Below are positions 8,768 to 17,022 of a DNA stretch of 64,000 bases, one piece after another. Within the stretch, counting starts at the first letter, position 1. Each line of letters starts with the position of its first letter. The DNA lies in contig JBKHIY010000009.1 of the NCBI GenBank assembly GCA_046538415.1, positions 7,642 to 71,641 of the forward strand. The letters are read 5' to 3'. The notes below the pieces were generated by a model that had not been told where the DNA came from, searched no databases, and saw nothing but the letters and a program-made list of their open reading frames with translations. Position numbers and translations under genes: made by a program. This DNA comes from Candidatus Brocadiia bacterium (GTDB lineage: Bacteria; Planctomycetota; PUPC01; DSUN01).

Positions 8768-9184
8768 CTAGGCCAGGGCTCCGGCCCACCGGCCGTCGAG
8801 CCCAGCGGAAGGGGAGGCATGCACCGTGACCGGCCGCAGCAGCCGCCGAATCAGACGCACTACCGGCTCCACCTCGACAGAGCGGCTCACCACCGCGTCG
8901 GCGGCCCCCCCGCGGCAGGCCCCCTCGGCCGCCGCGTCCTCCGCCTGGAGCACCACCACCATCTCCTCGAGGCCCCGGCGCCGCAGGAGGGCGGCCAGGG
9001 TGGAGCCCTCCATGTCCGGCAAGCGCTCGCGGGCCACCAGGAGGTCGACCTGGAAAGAGCGGAGGAGGCCTAGCGCCTCCTCGGCGGTCTCCGCCAGGAG
9101 GGTGAAGTAGCCGGTCTGGCGGAGCCTGGCGTCCAGCCGCTCTCGCAGGGTGGACCAGTCTTCGGCGATCAGAATGGTTTGCAT
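8768..9184 (-). CDS. single-domain response-regulator receiver, apparently degenerate
   Basis: ORF 8768..9184. MQTILIAEDW...VDLLVARERLPDMEG has the receiver pattern, but by-eye alignment puts Arg/Ala where the phospho-acceptor Asp (DLvllD) is expected. It lies 11 nt downstream of the HD-GYP gene. Confidence 0.6.
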   Translation of the reverse strand: MQTILIAEDWSTLRERLDARLRQTGYFTLLAETAEEALGLLRSFQVDLLVARERLPDMEGSTLAALLRRRGLEEMVVVLQAEDAAAEGACRGGAADAVVSRSVEVEPVVRLIRRLLRPVTVHASPSAGLDGRWAGALA

Positions 9185-9195
9185 CGGCCGCTCTC

Positions 9196-10320
9196 CTACT
9201 TCGTCGCTCCCGCCGGGCCGGCGTGCTGGGCGGGAGGTTCGCTGCCTCGCTCTCGCTTCCCCGGCGCGGCCAGAGGGGAGGGCAGGGCCACGGCCCGAGC
9301 CACCGCGATGCCCGCGGCGTGCAGGTCCACCACCCGCGGCCGCTCCAGCGGCCGCCCCTCGCGGCCGGTCAGCAGGCGCACGTAGGGACGGTCGGGCTCG
9401 TCCCAGTGCGAGGCCACCACCAGGGCTATCTCTCCGCTCTCCAGGCGCACCCCGCTGCCCACGGGATAGAGGCCCAGAGCTCGCAGGAAGCTGGCCGCCA
9501 TCCGCTTGTCGAACCGCGGCGGGCCGAGCTTGCCGAAAGCGTCCAGCACCAGCGCCTCCATCGCCTCGTGGGGCAGCACCGCCTGCTTGTAGGGCCGGGG
9601 GCTGACCATCGTCTCGTACGCCTCGGCCAGGGCCAGGAGCCGGGCGAACTCGTGGGTGTGCGCCGCCCCCAGACCGTCGGGATACCCGCTGCCGTCGGCC
9701 CGCTCGTGGTGCTGGCGCACCACCGCCGGCACCACCCGGCGCAGCAGCCCCTCGAGCTGGCCCCCGCAGCGCAGCAGCTCCGCACCCTCCGCCGCGTGGC
9801 CCCGCAACACCTCGCGCTCCCCCGAGGTCAGCGGCTCCGACTTGGCGAACAGCTCCGCCGACACCCGCTCCAGGCCCACGTCGTGGAGCAGCGCACAGAG
9901 GCCCACCACCTCCACCGTCGAGGGCTGGAAGCCGTGGGCCTCCGCCACGTGGAGGGCCAGGCAGGCCGTGTGCACCGAATGGCGCACCAGCAACTCCCGC
10001 CGCACGGCCTCCGCCTCCGCCCCCGGGCCCAGCAGCGCCGCGGGATACGCCATGTCGAGGGCCCGGAGCGGGTCCTCGTGCAGCCGACGCCGCAGCGAGG
10101 CCACCACCCGCGGGGCACGGGCCGGGGCCAGGGCGGCAGGAGGCATGGCCACGGGAGCGTGGGGCGCCGCAGGGGGCGCCGGCAGGTGCCCGGCCGAGCC
10201 CTCCGCGCGCCGGGCCTCGACGTGCTCGGCCACGAAGTCCTCAATGCGCCGCGCGTCGTCGCGGCGATGCCGAGCCGCGCCGCCCACGTCGCGGCGCAGG
10301 GACTTCTCCGATGCGTCCAT
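9196..10320 (-). CDS. HD-GYP domain c-di-GMP phosphodiesterase
   Basis: Inner part of ORF 9196..10401. ATG 10320 (MDASEKS) follows GGAAGGGTGG. Motifs LLHDVGLERV and HHERADGSGYPDGL are present. The longer start would overlap the sigma-54 motif at 10398. Confidence 0.8.
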   Translation of the reverse strand: MDASEKSLRRDVGGAARHRRDDARRIEDFVAEHVEARRAEGSAGHLPAPPAAPHAPVAMPPAALAPARAPRVVASLRRRLHEDPLRALDMAYPAALLGPGAEAEAVRRELLVRHSVHTACLALHVAEAHGFQPSTVEVVGLCALLHDVGLERVSAELFAKSEPLTSGEREVLRGHAAEGAELLRCGGQLEGLLRRVVPAVVRQHHERADGSGYPDGLGAAHTHEFARLLALAEAYETMVSPRPYKQAVLPHEAMEALVLDAFGKLGPPRFDKRMAASFLRALGLYPVGSGVRLESGEIALVVASHWDEPDRPYVRLLTGREGRPLERPRVVDLHAAGIAVARAVALPSPLAAPGKRERGSEPPAQHAGPAGATK

Positions 10321-10397
10321 CGCGGTCCACCCTTCCTGCCCAGCTCGGCCCGCTGGGCGTGGGGGAGGCCGGCGCGGGCCTCGCCAGAGCGCCGTGA

Positions 10398-10412
10398 GCA
10401 AACGCCATGCCC
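10398..10412 (-). promoter_or_regulatory. sigma-54 -24/-12 promoter motif
   Basis: Minus strand reads gGGCAT-ggcgt-TTGC, about 78 nt upstream of the HD-GYP start. Confidence 0.5.
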
Positions 10413-10519
10413 GCCGCGGTTCGGCGACACAACTCTCGAATCGAAGGGAAGATGCACCGGCGGTTGCGGCCCCGCCCCGGGGCCTCAGGAGCGTGGAGAA
10501 TTGGTCGTTTTGCAGGAGA

Positions 10520-11371
10520 TCACGGCGCCTCGCCGCCGCGGGCCGCCACCAGGCGGCGATAGCAGCGGCCGACCACCAGCCCGACCTCGTCCGGCCGCTG
10601 GGGCTCGGCGATGTAGTCGTCGCAGGCGCGAAGGGCCTCGCCCCCGGGCCCCTCGAGGGCGGAAGCGCTTGCCAGAGCGATAGTTACCACCCGCTGGCGA
10701 CGGGCCGCCAGCTCCGCCACCAGCCGCCCGCCCTCGGCCACCAACAGCGGAGCCGCGGCCAGCACCAGCGAACAGCCGTGCGCCCCCACCAGGCTCACCG
10801 CCTCCGGCACGCTGTTTGCCACATACACCGTGTAGCCCTGCTTGACAAGAAGGCCGGTGAGCCGCTCCCGCTCGGGGCCGGGCTCGCAGGCGACGCAGAC
10901 CTGGGCCAGCCGGCCCTCCTCCTCGGGCCTGTGGGACGCCAGCACGCGGTCCAGGCCCACGAAGGAGGCCCCGCACTCCCACTGGTCGCCCCGACGCTCG
11001 GCGCGCGCCACCTCGACGAACACCCTCCGCTCGCCCAGCGAGCCGGGCAGGTAGACGGTGAGCACCTCGCCAGGCTCCAGGCCCGCACGGGTGAACAGCC
11101 GCAGGCCGCCGCGCGAGATGTCCCGCACCATCGCCCGGTGCAGGCCCTGCTCGCCGCGCCGCCCGGGGCCGCCGGGCCGATGGCGCAGGAAGCTCACCTC
11201 CAGGTCGATGGGGTGGCGCTCGAAAGCCCGACGGTCCGGACCGCCCCAGCCCCGCGGCTGCGGCCGAGCCGGGCCGGCCCGGCGGGCCAGAAGCTCGTCG
11301 ATCGTGCGGCGGGCCTCCCGCAGCTCCTCCACCGACAGGCTGCGGAGGACCTCCTCGATCGCTTGGCGCAC
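10520..11371 (-). CDS. PilZ-domain c-di-GMP receptor fused to a pseudo-receiver domain
   Basis: ORF 10520..11371, GTG start. PilZ signatures RRAFERH and DISRGG are present. The C-terminal 120 aa are receiver-like (VCVACEPGPE...GCSLVLAAAP...VVTIALAS) but lack the DD pocket and acceptor Asp by eye. Confidence 0.7.
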   Translation of the reverse strand: MRQAIEEVLRSLSVEELREARRTIDELLARRAGPARPQPRGWGGPDRRAFERHPIDLEVSFLRHRPGGPGRRGEQGLHRAMVRDISRGGLRLFTRAGLEPGEVLTVYLPGSLGERRVFVEVARAERRGDQWECGASFVGLDRVLASHRPEEEGRLAQVCVACEPGPERERLTGLLVKQGYTVYVANSVPEAVSLVGAHGCSLVLAAAPLLVAEGGRLVAELAARRQRVVTIALASASALEGPGGEALRACDDYIAEPQRPDEVGLVVGRCYRRLVAARGGEAP

Positions 11372-11536
11372 GCGTCGTCCACCTCGCAGGCAGGCTCTTG
11401 AGGCCGATACTGAAACAGAATTCTAGCGCCTTTTCCGCGCCGGGCAAGGGCGGTTTTGCCCTTCCCGCGGCCCCGCCGCCTGCGTGCCCCCGCGCGGCGG
11501 GCCGCGCCGGCCGCCGGGAACACAGGGGGACCTCTC

Positions 11537-11731
11537 GTGGCGAAGCTCACCGAGAAGCTCGGACTGCGCATCGACACCCGGCGTTTCCTCCGCCAGCTCG
11601 CCGAGGCTCGACGCCGCTACGCCGCGCACCCGCCGGAGCCTATCGAACTCGAGGCACAGCAGCCCCGCCTGCCCTCGCGGCGGAGCCGCTCCCCGGACGC
11701 CACGCCCCGGGAGCCCGACACCGACACCTGA
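11537..11731 (+). CDS. possible small protein (64 aa), function unknown
   Basis: GTG 11537 lies 7 nt after AGGGGGA, inside ORF 11456..11731. It reads VAKLTEKLGLRIDTRRFLRQLAEARRRYAAHPPEPIELE... There is no family resemblance, and it may be non-coding leader. Confidence 0.25.
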   Translation: MAKLTEKLGLRIDTRRFLRQLAEARRRYAAHPPEPIELEAQQPRLPSRRSRSPDATPREPDTDT

Positions 11732-11775
11732 GCGCGGCCCCACGCCGCGCCCCGAGACCAGGAGGACATCTCCCC

Positions 11776-12477
11776 ATGGCACCCAGGCCACTCGCACTCG
11801 CCCTGGCCGGCCTGGTGGCGCTCGGCGCCTCGGGGTGCGCCCCGAAGCCCGGCCCCTCGGCCGCCGAGCCCCCCGAGCCCGCCGGCACCCCCGCCGCGCC
11901 CGTGAGCCCCGAGGCCCGCTCCGCCCTCGCCCAGGGGCCGCCCCTCCGGCTCGACAACCAGGTGCTCGGCGGCGAGGCCAGCCTCCTGGAGAAGCTCCAG
12001 GACGCCCTCGCACGCCTCAGCCAGGCCGAGGAAGCGAAGAAGGAACTCGCCGCGCGCCTGAACGCCGCCACGCAGCGCAACACCGCCGCACAGCAGGAGG
12101 CCGCCGAGCTCGAGCGCCAGGTCCAGCAGCTCACCCAGATGCACGACGATGCCGCCCAAGCCCTGGCCAAGGCCCAGGCACAGCTCCAGGAGGCCCAGGC
12201 GACCATCCAGGAGCTGCGCCCCAAGGCCCAGGAGGCCGACCGCGCCACCCAGCGCGTGGCCACGCTCGCCGAGCAGATCGAAGAGCTCAAGACCGCCAAC
12301 CAGCAGCTCCGCGACAAACTCCTCCAGGCCGAACTCGACCGCGTGAAAGCCCAGCAGGACCTGGTGGCCCTCCAGATCGTCATGGCCCGGCAGCGGGCCC
12401 TCATCCGCCGCAAGGGCGGCGACCAGGCCAAGGCCCCCACACCCCAGACCCCGGTGGCCCAGGAGACCTCGCCATGA
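11776..12477 (+). CDS. lipoprotein with about 170-aa coiled coil
   Basis: Inner part of ORF 11398..12477. ATG 11776 lies 9 nt after GGAGGA. The lipobox is LVALGASG-C. A long heptad-like Q/A/E/L-rich segment follows (LEKLQDALARLSQAEEAKKELAARLN...DRVKAQQDLVALQ). Confidence 0.75.
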   Translation: MAPRPLALALAGLVALGASGCAPKPGPSAAEPPEPAGTPAAPVSPEARSALAQGPPLRLDNQVLGGEASLLEKLQDALARLSQAEEAKKELAARLNAATQRNTAAQQEAAELERQVQQLTQMHDDAAQALAKAQAQLQEAQATIQELRPKAQEADRATQRVATLAEQIEELKTANQQLRDKLLQAELDRVKAQQDLVALQIVMARQRALIRRKGGDQAKAPTPQTPVAQETSP

Positions 12478-13130
12478 CGAGCCGCGCCGCCCTCCTGCCC
12501 CTGGCCATGGCCCTCCTCGCCGGCTGCGGCGGCCCTCTCTTCGCACCCCCGCCGCCCGAAGTGAGCATCTACCGCTCCCCCGAGCTGGGGCGAAACGGAC
12601 GCGAGCGGGTGCTCGTGCTGCCCTTCCGCCACCGCGACGAGGGGGTATCGCGGGCCGTCACCGAGGCCTTCGCCCTCGAGCTCGCCAAGACCCAGGCCTT
12701 CGAGGTCATCAGCCCCGAAGACCCGCAGGCCGGACCCGCCGCCGATACCCCGCTGTGGGACGACGGGGGCCTCGACGTGCCGGCCCTGGTGGCCCTGCGC
12801 CGCCGCCTCAACGTCCAGGCCCTGGTCCTCGGCCACGTCACCCACTACCGCCCCTACGACCCTCCCGTCCTGGGCCTCCGCGTCCAGGTCGTCTCGACCC
12901 GCTCGGGCTCCGTGCTGTGGGGGGCCGAGGCGTGCTTCGACGCGCGGGAGGAAGGGGTGCGTGCCCTGATGAGGAAGTTCCACGGACGGCGGTTGAGCGA
13001 CCAGGCCGAGACCTACGGCTGGCGCATCCTGCTCGACTCGCCCCGGCACTACGCCCAGTTCGTCTCGCGCCAGTTGGTGGCCACCCTGGGCGCGGATGCG
13101 GGCCGCCTGCTGGCCGAAAAGACCCCGTGA
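12474..13130 (+). CDS. lipoprotein, LpoB/FlgO/TolB-N-like fold suspected
   Basis: Inner part of ORF 11484..13130. ATG 12474 overlaps the upstream stop (ATGA). The lipobox is LLAG-C. VLVLPFRHRDEG..AFALELAKTQAFEVIS...LVLGHVTHY...LRVQVVSTRSGSVLW follows the pattern of small periplasmic alpha/beta lipoproteins. Confidence 0.7.
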   Translation: MTSRAALLPLAMALLAGCGGPLFAPPPPEVSIYRSPELGRNGRERVLVLPFRHRDEGVSRAVTEAFALELAKTQAFEVISPEDPQAGPAADTPLWDDGGLDVPALVALRRRLNVQALVLGHVTHYRPYDPPVLGLRVQVVSTRSGSVLWGAEACFDAREEGVRALMRKFHGRRLSDQAETYGWRILLDSPRHYAQFVSRQLVATLGADAGRLLAEKTP

Positions 13131-13139
13131 GGAGCGACC

Positions 13140-13421
13140 ATGGAGATCCACGACGTCGGCGGCCCCCGCCAGCCCCGGCCCCCGCAGCACCAGGAGTCGT
13201 CCCGGCAGGCCTCGCGGCGCTCGGCGGACGGCGACCGGGTGGACATCTCGCCGCGCGCCCGCCGCGCCGTCCACGCCAGCCGCCTCGCCCGCCGCGTGCT
13301 CGCCCTGCCCGAGACGCGCCCCGCCGCCGTGCGGGCCGCCCGCCAGGCCCTCCACCGCGGGGAGCTGCTCGCGCCGCCCGCCATCCGGGCTACCGTGCGA
13401 GGCATGATCCCCGACCGGTAA
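13140..13421 (+). CDS. flgM: anti-sigma-28 factor FlgM
   Basis: ORF 13140..13421 after GAGGAG. DRVDISPRARR...ETRPAAVRAARQALHRGELLAPPAIRATVRGMI matches the FlgM C-terminal pattern. Confidence 0.75.
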   Translation: MEIHDVGGPRQPRPPQHQESSRQASRRSADGDRVDISPRARRAVHASRLARRVLALPETRPAAVRAARQALHRGELLAPPAIRATVRGMIPDR

Positions 13422-13485
13422 GCTCCCAGGCCAGGGTCCACCCCGGCCCCCCACCCTTCGCATGAGCGACGCCAGCGCGCGCACG

Positions 13486-13518
13486 AGAGGGAAGCCTTCG
13501 GCCAGAAGGCTTCCCTCT
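13486..13518. terminator. 13-bp perfect-stem hairpin between convergent flgM and fliN
   Basis: AGAGGGAAGCCTT (13486-13498), 7-nt loop, AAGGCTTCCCTCT (13506-13518). Confidence 0.6.
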
Positions 13519-13545
13519 TCGCGCCATTCGGGGGGCAAAAGGAGC

Positions 13546-13572
13546 GGCGGGGCGCCGCGCAGGCGCCCCGCC
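13546..13572. terminator. 11-bp perfect-stem hairpin between convergent flgM and fliN
   Basis: GGCGGGGCGCC (13546-13556), loop gcgca, GGCGCCCCGCC (13562-13572). Confidence 0.55.
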
Positions 13573-13616
13573 AGGCGATGCCGGGCGAAGACGCTCCGGC
13601 GAATGAGCCGTGGGGG

Positions 13617-14045
13617 CTAGTGGAGGTCCTTGGTCCGCTCCCCGGGCTCGACAACGGCGGTGACCCGCAGGCCGAAGCTCTCGTCCACCACCACGATTTC
13701 GCCCTGGGCGACCACGTGGTCGCGGATCACCAGGTCCACGGGCTCGCCGGCCATGCGGTCGAGCTCCAAGATGGAGCCGGGCTTGAGGGCGAGGAGCTCC
13801 TCGACGGTCATCTCCGTGCGCCCCAGCTCCACGACCACGGGCACCTCGAGGTCGAGGATGAGGTCGAGGGGCGGGGCTTCGTCGGTGGCCGCCTCGTCGC
13901 TGGAGTCCTCGCTGAGGGGGCTGAAGGCCACGGGGCTCACCGCCACCTCTCCCTGCCCGCCGCCCTCGGCGTCCTGCGCGGTCTGGGCCTGCTCCTGGGC
14001 GGGAGCTTCGGCGTCGACGGCGGCTTCGGCTTCGTCACTCATCAT
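13617..14045 (-). CDS. fliN: flagellar motor switch protein FliN
   Basis: ORF 13617..14045. An acidic N-terminus is followed by the SpoA domain LEVPVVVELGRTEMTVEELLALKPGSILELDRMAGEPVDLVIRDHVVAQGEIVVVDESFGLRV. Confidence 0.9.
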   Translation of the reverse strand: MMSDEAEAAVDAEAPAQEQAQTAQDAEGGGQGEVAVSPVAFSPLSEDSSDEAATDEAPPLDLILDLEVPVVVELGRTEMTVEELLALKPGSILELDRMAGEPVDLVIRDHVVAQGEIVVVDESFGLRVTAVVEPGERTKDLH

Positions 14046-15042
14046 GGGTCTGGTTTCCTTTGCGAGGGGGCTGGGGGACGCGGGTGAGCTGGACGCCGAG
14101 GCGCTTGCCCACCAGTCCGGGCTGGCCGGTGAACCGGTGCCTGCCCTCGACGGTTACGGCGAGGGGCTGGCCGACCCGGGAGTCGAGGCGCACGACGTGG
14201 CCGGGCTGGAGGTTCATCAGGTCGAGTGCGGAGATGCGGGCCCGTCCCAGCTCCACGGCCACGCGCAGGGGTGCGGCGCCGATGGCCCGTCGGAGAACGT
14301 CCGTGGCCTCGGCCTCCGCCTGCTGCTCCTCCTCGAAGGCGGCGGCCAGACGAGCCCGCTCCCGGGGCACCAGCCGGTCGACGACCGCGGCGGGCAGACA
14401 GAAGCCGATGTCGCCCACGCAGGTGTCGCCCCCCACGGCGAAGGTGACCTGGAGCACCATGTCGCGAACGCCCAGGAACTGGACTTCGCGGGGGTCCATG
14501 GCCATGGCCTCGGGCTGGAAGCTCACGGACGTGAGGTTCGACCACGCCCCGGCCAGGGTCTCCAGCACGGCGGCGATGGGCTTGGCGAGGAGAGCCTGCT
14601 CCACCGCGGTGAGGGGCCGTGGCTGGTCGAGGGCCTCGCCCTGGCCGCCCAGGAGGCGGTCGACGATGCCCAGGGCGAGGGAGATGTCCACGGTGAGCAG
14701 CCCGCGCCGGCCGGGGGGCTCGACGCGGAAGAGCTGGAGGCACACGGGGACGGGGAGGGCGGAGTTGAAGGCCCCGTAGGCCACGAAGTCGCTGCCCGCG
14801 ACGTTGGCCTCCACGGGGGTGCGGAGCAGGTCGCCGAGGGCGCTGGAGAGGGCCTGGGCGGCCTCCTCGTGGAGCCGCTCGATGGCCCGCAGCTGGTCGC
14901 GCGAGAGGCGGCTCTTGGAGCCGAAGTCGTAGGGGCGGATCTCGCGCCCGTCGGCGGCGTCGCCCTCCCCCTCGGGCACGTCGCCCTCGTTGACCGCGGT
15001 GAGCAGGTTGTTGAGCTCCTCGGCGCTGAGCAGCTCGCTCAT
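14035..15042 (-). CDS. fliM: flagellar motor switch protein FliM
   Basis: Inner part of ORF 14035..15114. ATG 15042 gives MSELLSAEELNNLL, a CheY-P-binding-type N-terminus. The C-terminus is a SpoA domain. Confidence 0.9.
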   Translation of the reverse strand: MSELLSAEELNNLLTAVNEGDVPEGEGDAADGREIRPYDFGSKSRLSRDQLRAIERLHEEAAQALSSALGDLLRTPVEANVAGSDFVAYGAFNSALPVPVCLQLFRVEPPGRRGLLTVDISLALGIVDRLLGGQGEALDQPRPLTAVEQALLAKPIAAVLETLAGAWSNLTSVSFQPEAMAMDPREVQFLGVRDMVLQVTFAVGGDTCVGDIGFCLPAAVVDRLVPRERARLAAAFEEEQQAEAEATDVLRRAIGAAPLRVAVELGRARISALDLMNLQPGHVVRLDSRVGQPLAVTVEGRHRFTGQPGLVGKRLGVQLTRVPQPPRKGNQTHDE

Positions 15043-15053
15043 GGCTGGACGTC

Positions 15054-15569
15054 CTACTGGATCATGAACTCGGTGAAGTAGGCGTGGAGGACGGCGTCGG
15101 GGAGGCCCAGGCACTCGTTCACCGAGAGGCGTAGCTCGCGGAGGAGCTGGTCCTTGTGCTCCTTGCCCTCCACGTCCTCGAGGCGCTTCTCGGAGAGCAG
15201 GGAGATGAGCAGATGGCGGATCTCGGTGAGGTGCGCGGCGAACTCCTTCTTGGCCTCCTCGTCCTTGGCCCGGAACACGATGGTGGCCTTGAGCATGCGG
15301 CGTCCCCGCTCGTCGGCCAGGTTCACCATCACCTCCAGGGGCTCCAGGGAGGTGCCCTTGGGCTGCTCCGGCCGCGGGGCCCGCTCGCCGGGCCGGGCCG
15401 GGCTCTCGAACCTGGCCAGCACGGAGGGGAGGGCCACGGCACCCAGCACGGTGCCCAGCAGGGCGCAGCCCAGGAGCACGAGGAGGGGCGCGAGGCGGGC
15501 GAAGCGGCCCGTCCCGCTGGCCTCCGGGGGGGTCTCCTGGTCTTCGGCGGGAGCTTGGTCGTCGGCCAT
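15054..15569 (-). CDS. fliL: flagellar basal-body-associated protein FliL
   Basis: ORF 15054..15569. One TM segment, then LEVMVNLADERGRRMLKATIVFRAKDEE...YFTEFMIQ. Confidence 0.85.
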   Translation of the reverse strand: MADDQAPAEDQETPPEASGTGRFARLAPLLVLLGCALLGTVLGAVALPSVLARFESPARPGERAPRPEQPKGTSLEPLEVMVNLADERGRRMLKATIVFRAKDEEAKKEFAAHLTEIRHLLISLLSEKRLEDVEGKEHKDQLLRELRLSVNECLGLPDAVLHAYFTEFMIQ

Positions 15570-15585
15570 GGGAGGGTCCTTTCGG

Positions 15586-16299
15586 CTACTCCAGGGGCTT
15601 GGGGGAGAGGACGATGGTCACGCGGTCGTTGCCTTCGCCCTGGCCGGCGTCGCGTGCGGCCACGGGGCGGAAGCGGCCGTGGCCGGCGAGGGTGATACGG
15701 CCGTAGGCGATGCCCCCCTCGGCGTGCAGATAGCGTGCCACGGCGGCGGCGCGGTGGGCGGAGAGAGCCCAGCCGTCCTCGGGCCCGGCGGCGTAGGTCT
15801 CGACGGCCAGGTAGGAGAGGGTCTGCTGGGCCAGCTCGGCGATTCCGTCGAGGGCCTCGCGGCTGCGGGCCTCGAGCTGCGCGGTGCCGGGCCGGAAGGC
15901 CACGGCGGTGGGGAGGGCCACGGCCTGGTTCTGGCGGAGGTATTCGATGGTCGTCCGCCGCAAGCGGTCGCTGGGCGGCTCGAGGATCTGGCGGTCCAGG
16001 ATGTGGCCGTCGGGAGCGGGCTCCACGTAGCGTTCGGGGATGGTGTAGTTGGGAGGGAGGGCGCCCAGGTCCATCGGCTTGCGGCCCCCGGGAAGGATGC
16101 CGGGGAGGCCCAGGGTCTCGATGGCGTGCACGAAGGAGCCGGTGCCCGCGGCCACCAGGCCGGCCCGCTGCTCCTCGGCGATGCTCACCAGGAGGATGAA
16201 GAAGGTGAGCAGGAGGGTCATCATGTCGCCGTAGGACATCATGTAGGCGGGCACGGGGCGTTTGCCCGAGGAGCGGCGCTTTTTCTTGCCCGGGGCCAT
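15586..16299 (-). CDS. MotB paralog 2 (stator B subunit, divergent OmpA-like C-terminus)
   Basis: ORF 15586..16299. PAYMMSYGDMMTLLLTFFILL carries the plug/TM with the conserved Asp. The C-terminus LSAHRAAAVARYL..GHGRFRPV..NDRVTIVL is OmpA-like, but VETYAAG replaces EGHTD. Confidence 0.8.
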   Translation of the reverse strand: MAPGKKKRRSSGKRPVPAYMMSYGDMMTLLLTFFILLVSIAEEQRAGLVAAGTGSFVHAIETLGLPGILPGGRKPMDLGALPPNYTIPERYVEPAPDGHILDRQILEPPSDRLRRTTIEYLRQNQAVALPTAVAFRPGTAQLEARSREALDGIAELAQQTLSYLAVETYAAGPEDGWALSAHRAAAVARYLHAEGGIAYGRITLAGHGRFRPVAARDAGQGEGNDRVTIVLSPKPLE

Positions 16300-16302
16300 G
16301 GC

Positions 16303-17022
16303 TCAGTCCTGCTTGCGCCGGCGGGCGAGGATCACCAGCTCGATACGGCGGTTTCGGGCTCGCAGAGCGGGCGAGCGGTTGGGGAAGGCGGGCCGGTGTC
16401 CGGCATAGCCGGCCACGCTGATGCGCTGGGGCCGAACGGGCCCCGCCTGGGCGAGGAAGCGGGCCGCCGCGGTGGCCCGTGCCACGGAGAGGTCCCAGGC
16501 CGTGGGGTAGTCGCTGGAGCCCCGGAAGAGGTCGTCGGTGTGGCCTTCGACCCGGACCGGGTTGTAGATGTCGCGCACCGCCGCGGCGATCGCCTCCAGG
16601 GCGGCCCGCGAGCTGCCGGTGAGGCGGGCGGAGCCGCGCTCGAAGAGCGTGTCGGCGGCGATGCGGATGCGGTAGCCCTGGTGGAGCTTGTCCAGGTCGA
16701 GTTCCTCGCCGAAGCGCTTCTTGAGGCGGATGGCCAGGCCCTTGAAGCTCTCGTCGGTCATCCGCCCCTCCGGGGGATGGAGCATTCCCTGGTCGTCGGA
16801 GCGCCCGTGATAGGCGGTGGGCCGCTTGTAGAGGGCGGAGGCGTCGGTCTCCATGCCCACCACGCCCAGGGCGCCCTGGAGGGAGCCGCGCACCAGCTCG
16901 AACTCCTCGACCTCCAGGGTGGACCAGGTGAGCAGGAGGATGAAGAAGGTGACGAGCAGCGAGATGATGTCGCTGAACGTCACGATCCAGTCGGGGGCGC
17001 CCTTTTTCGAGTCCTCGCTCAT
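16303..17022 (-). CDS. motB: MotB (stator B subunit, canonical OmpA-like C-terminus)
   Basis: Inner part of ORF 16303..17613. ATG 17022 overlaps the motA stop (ATGA). PDWIVTFSDIISLLVTFFILLL carries the conserved Asp. The C-terminus reads VRVEGHTDD..WDLSVARATAAARFL..NRRIELVI. Confidence 0.9.
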   Translation of the reverse strand: MSEDSKKGAPDWIVTFSDIISLLVTFFILLLTWSTLEVEEFELVRGSLQGALGVVGMETDASALYKRPTAYHGRSDDQGMLHPPEGRMTDESFKGLAIRLKKRFGEELDLDKLHQGYRIRIAADTLFERGSARLTGSSRAALEAIAAAVRDIYNPVRVEGHTDDLFRGSSDYPTAWDLSVARATAAARFLAQAGPVRPQRISVAGYAGHRPAFPNRSPALRARNRRIELVILARRRKQD

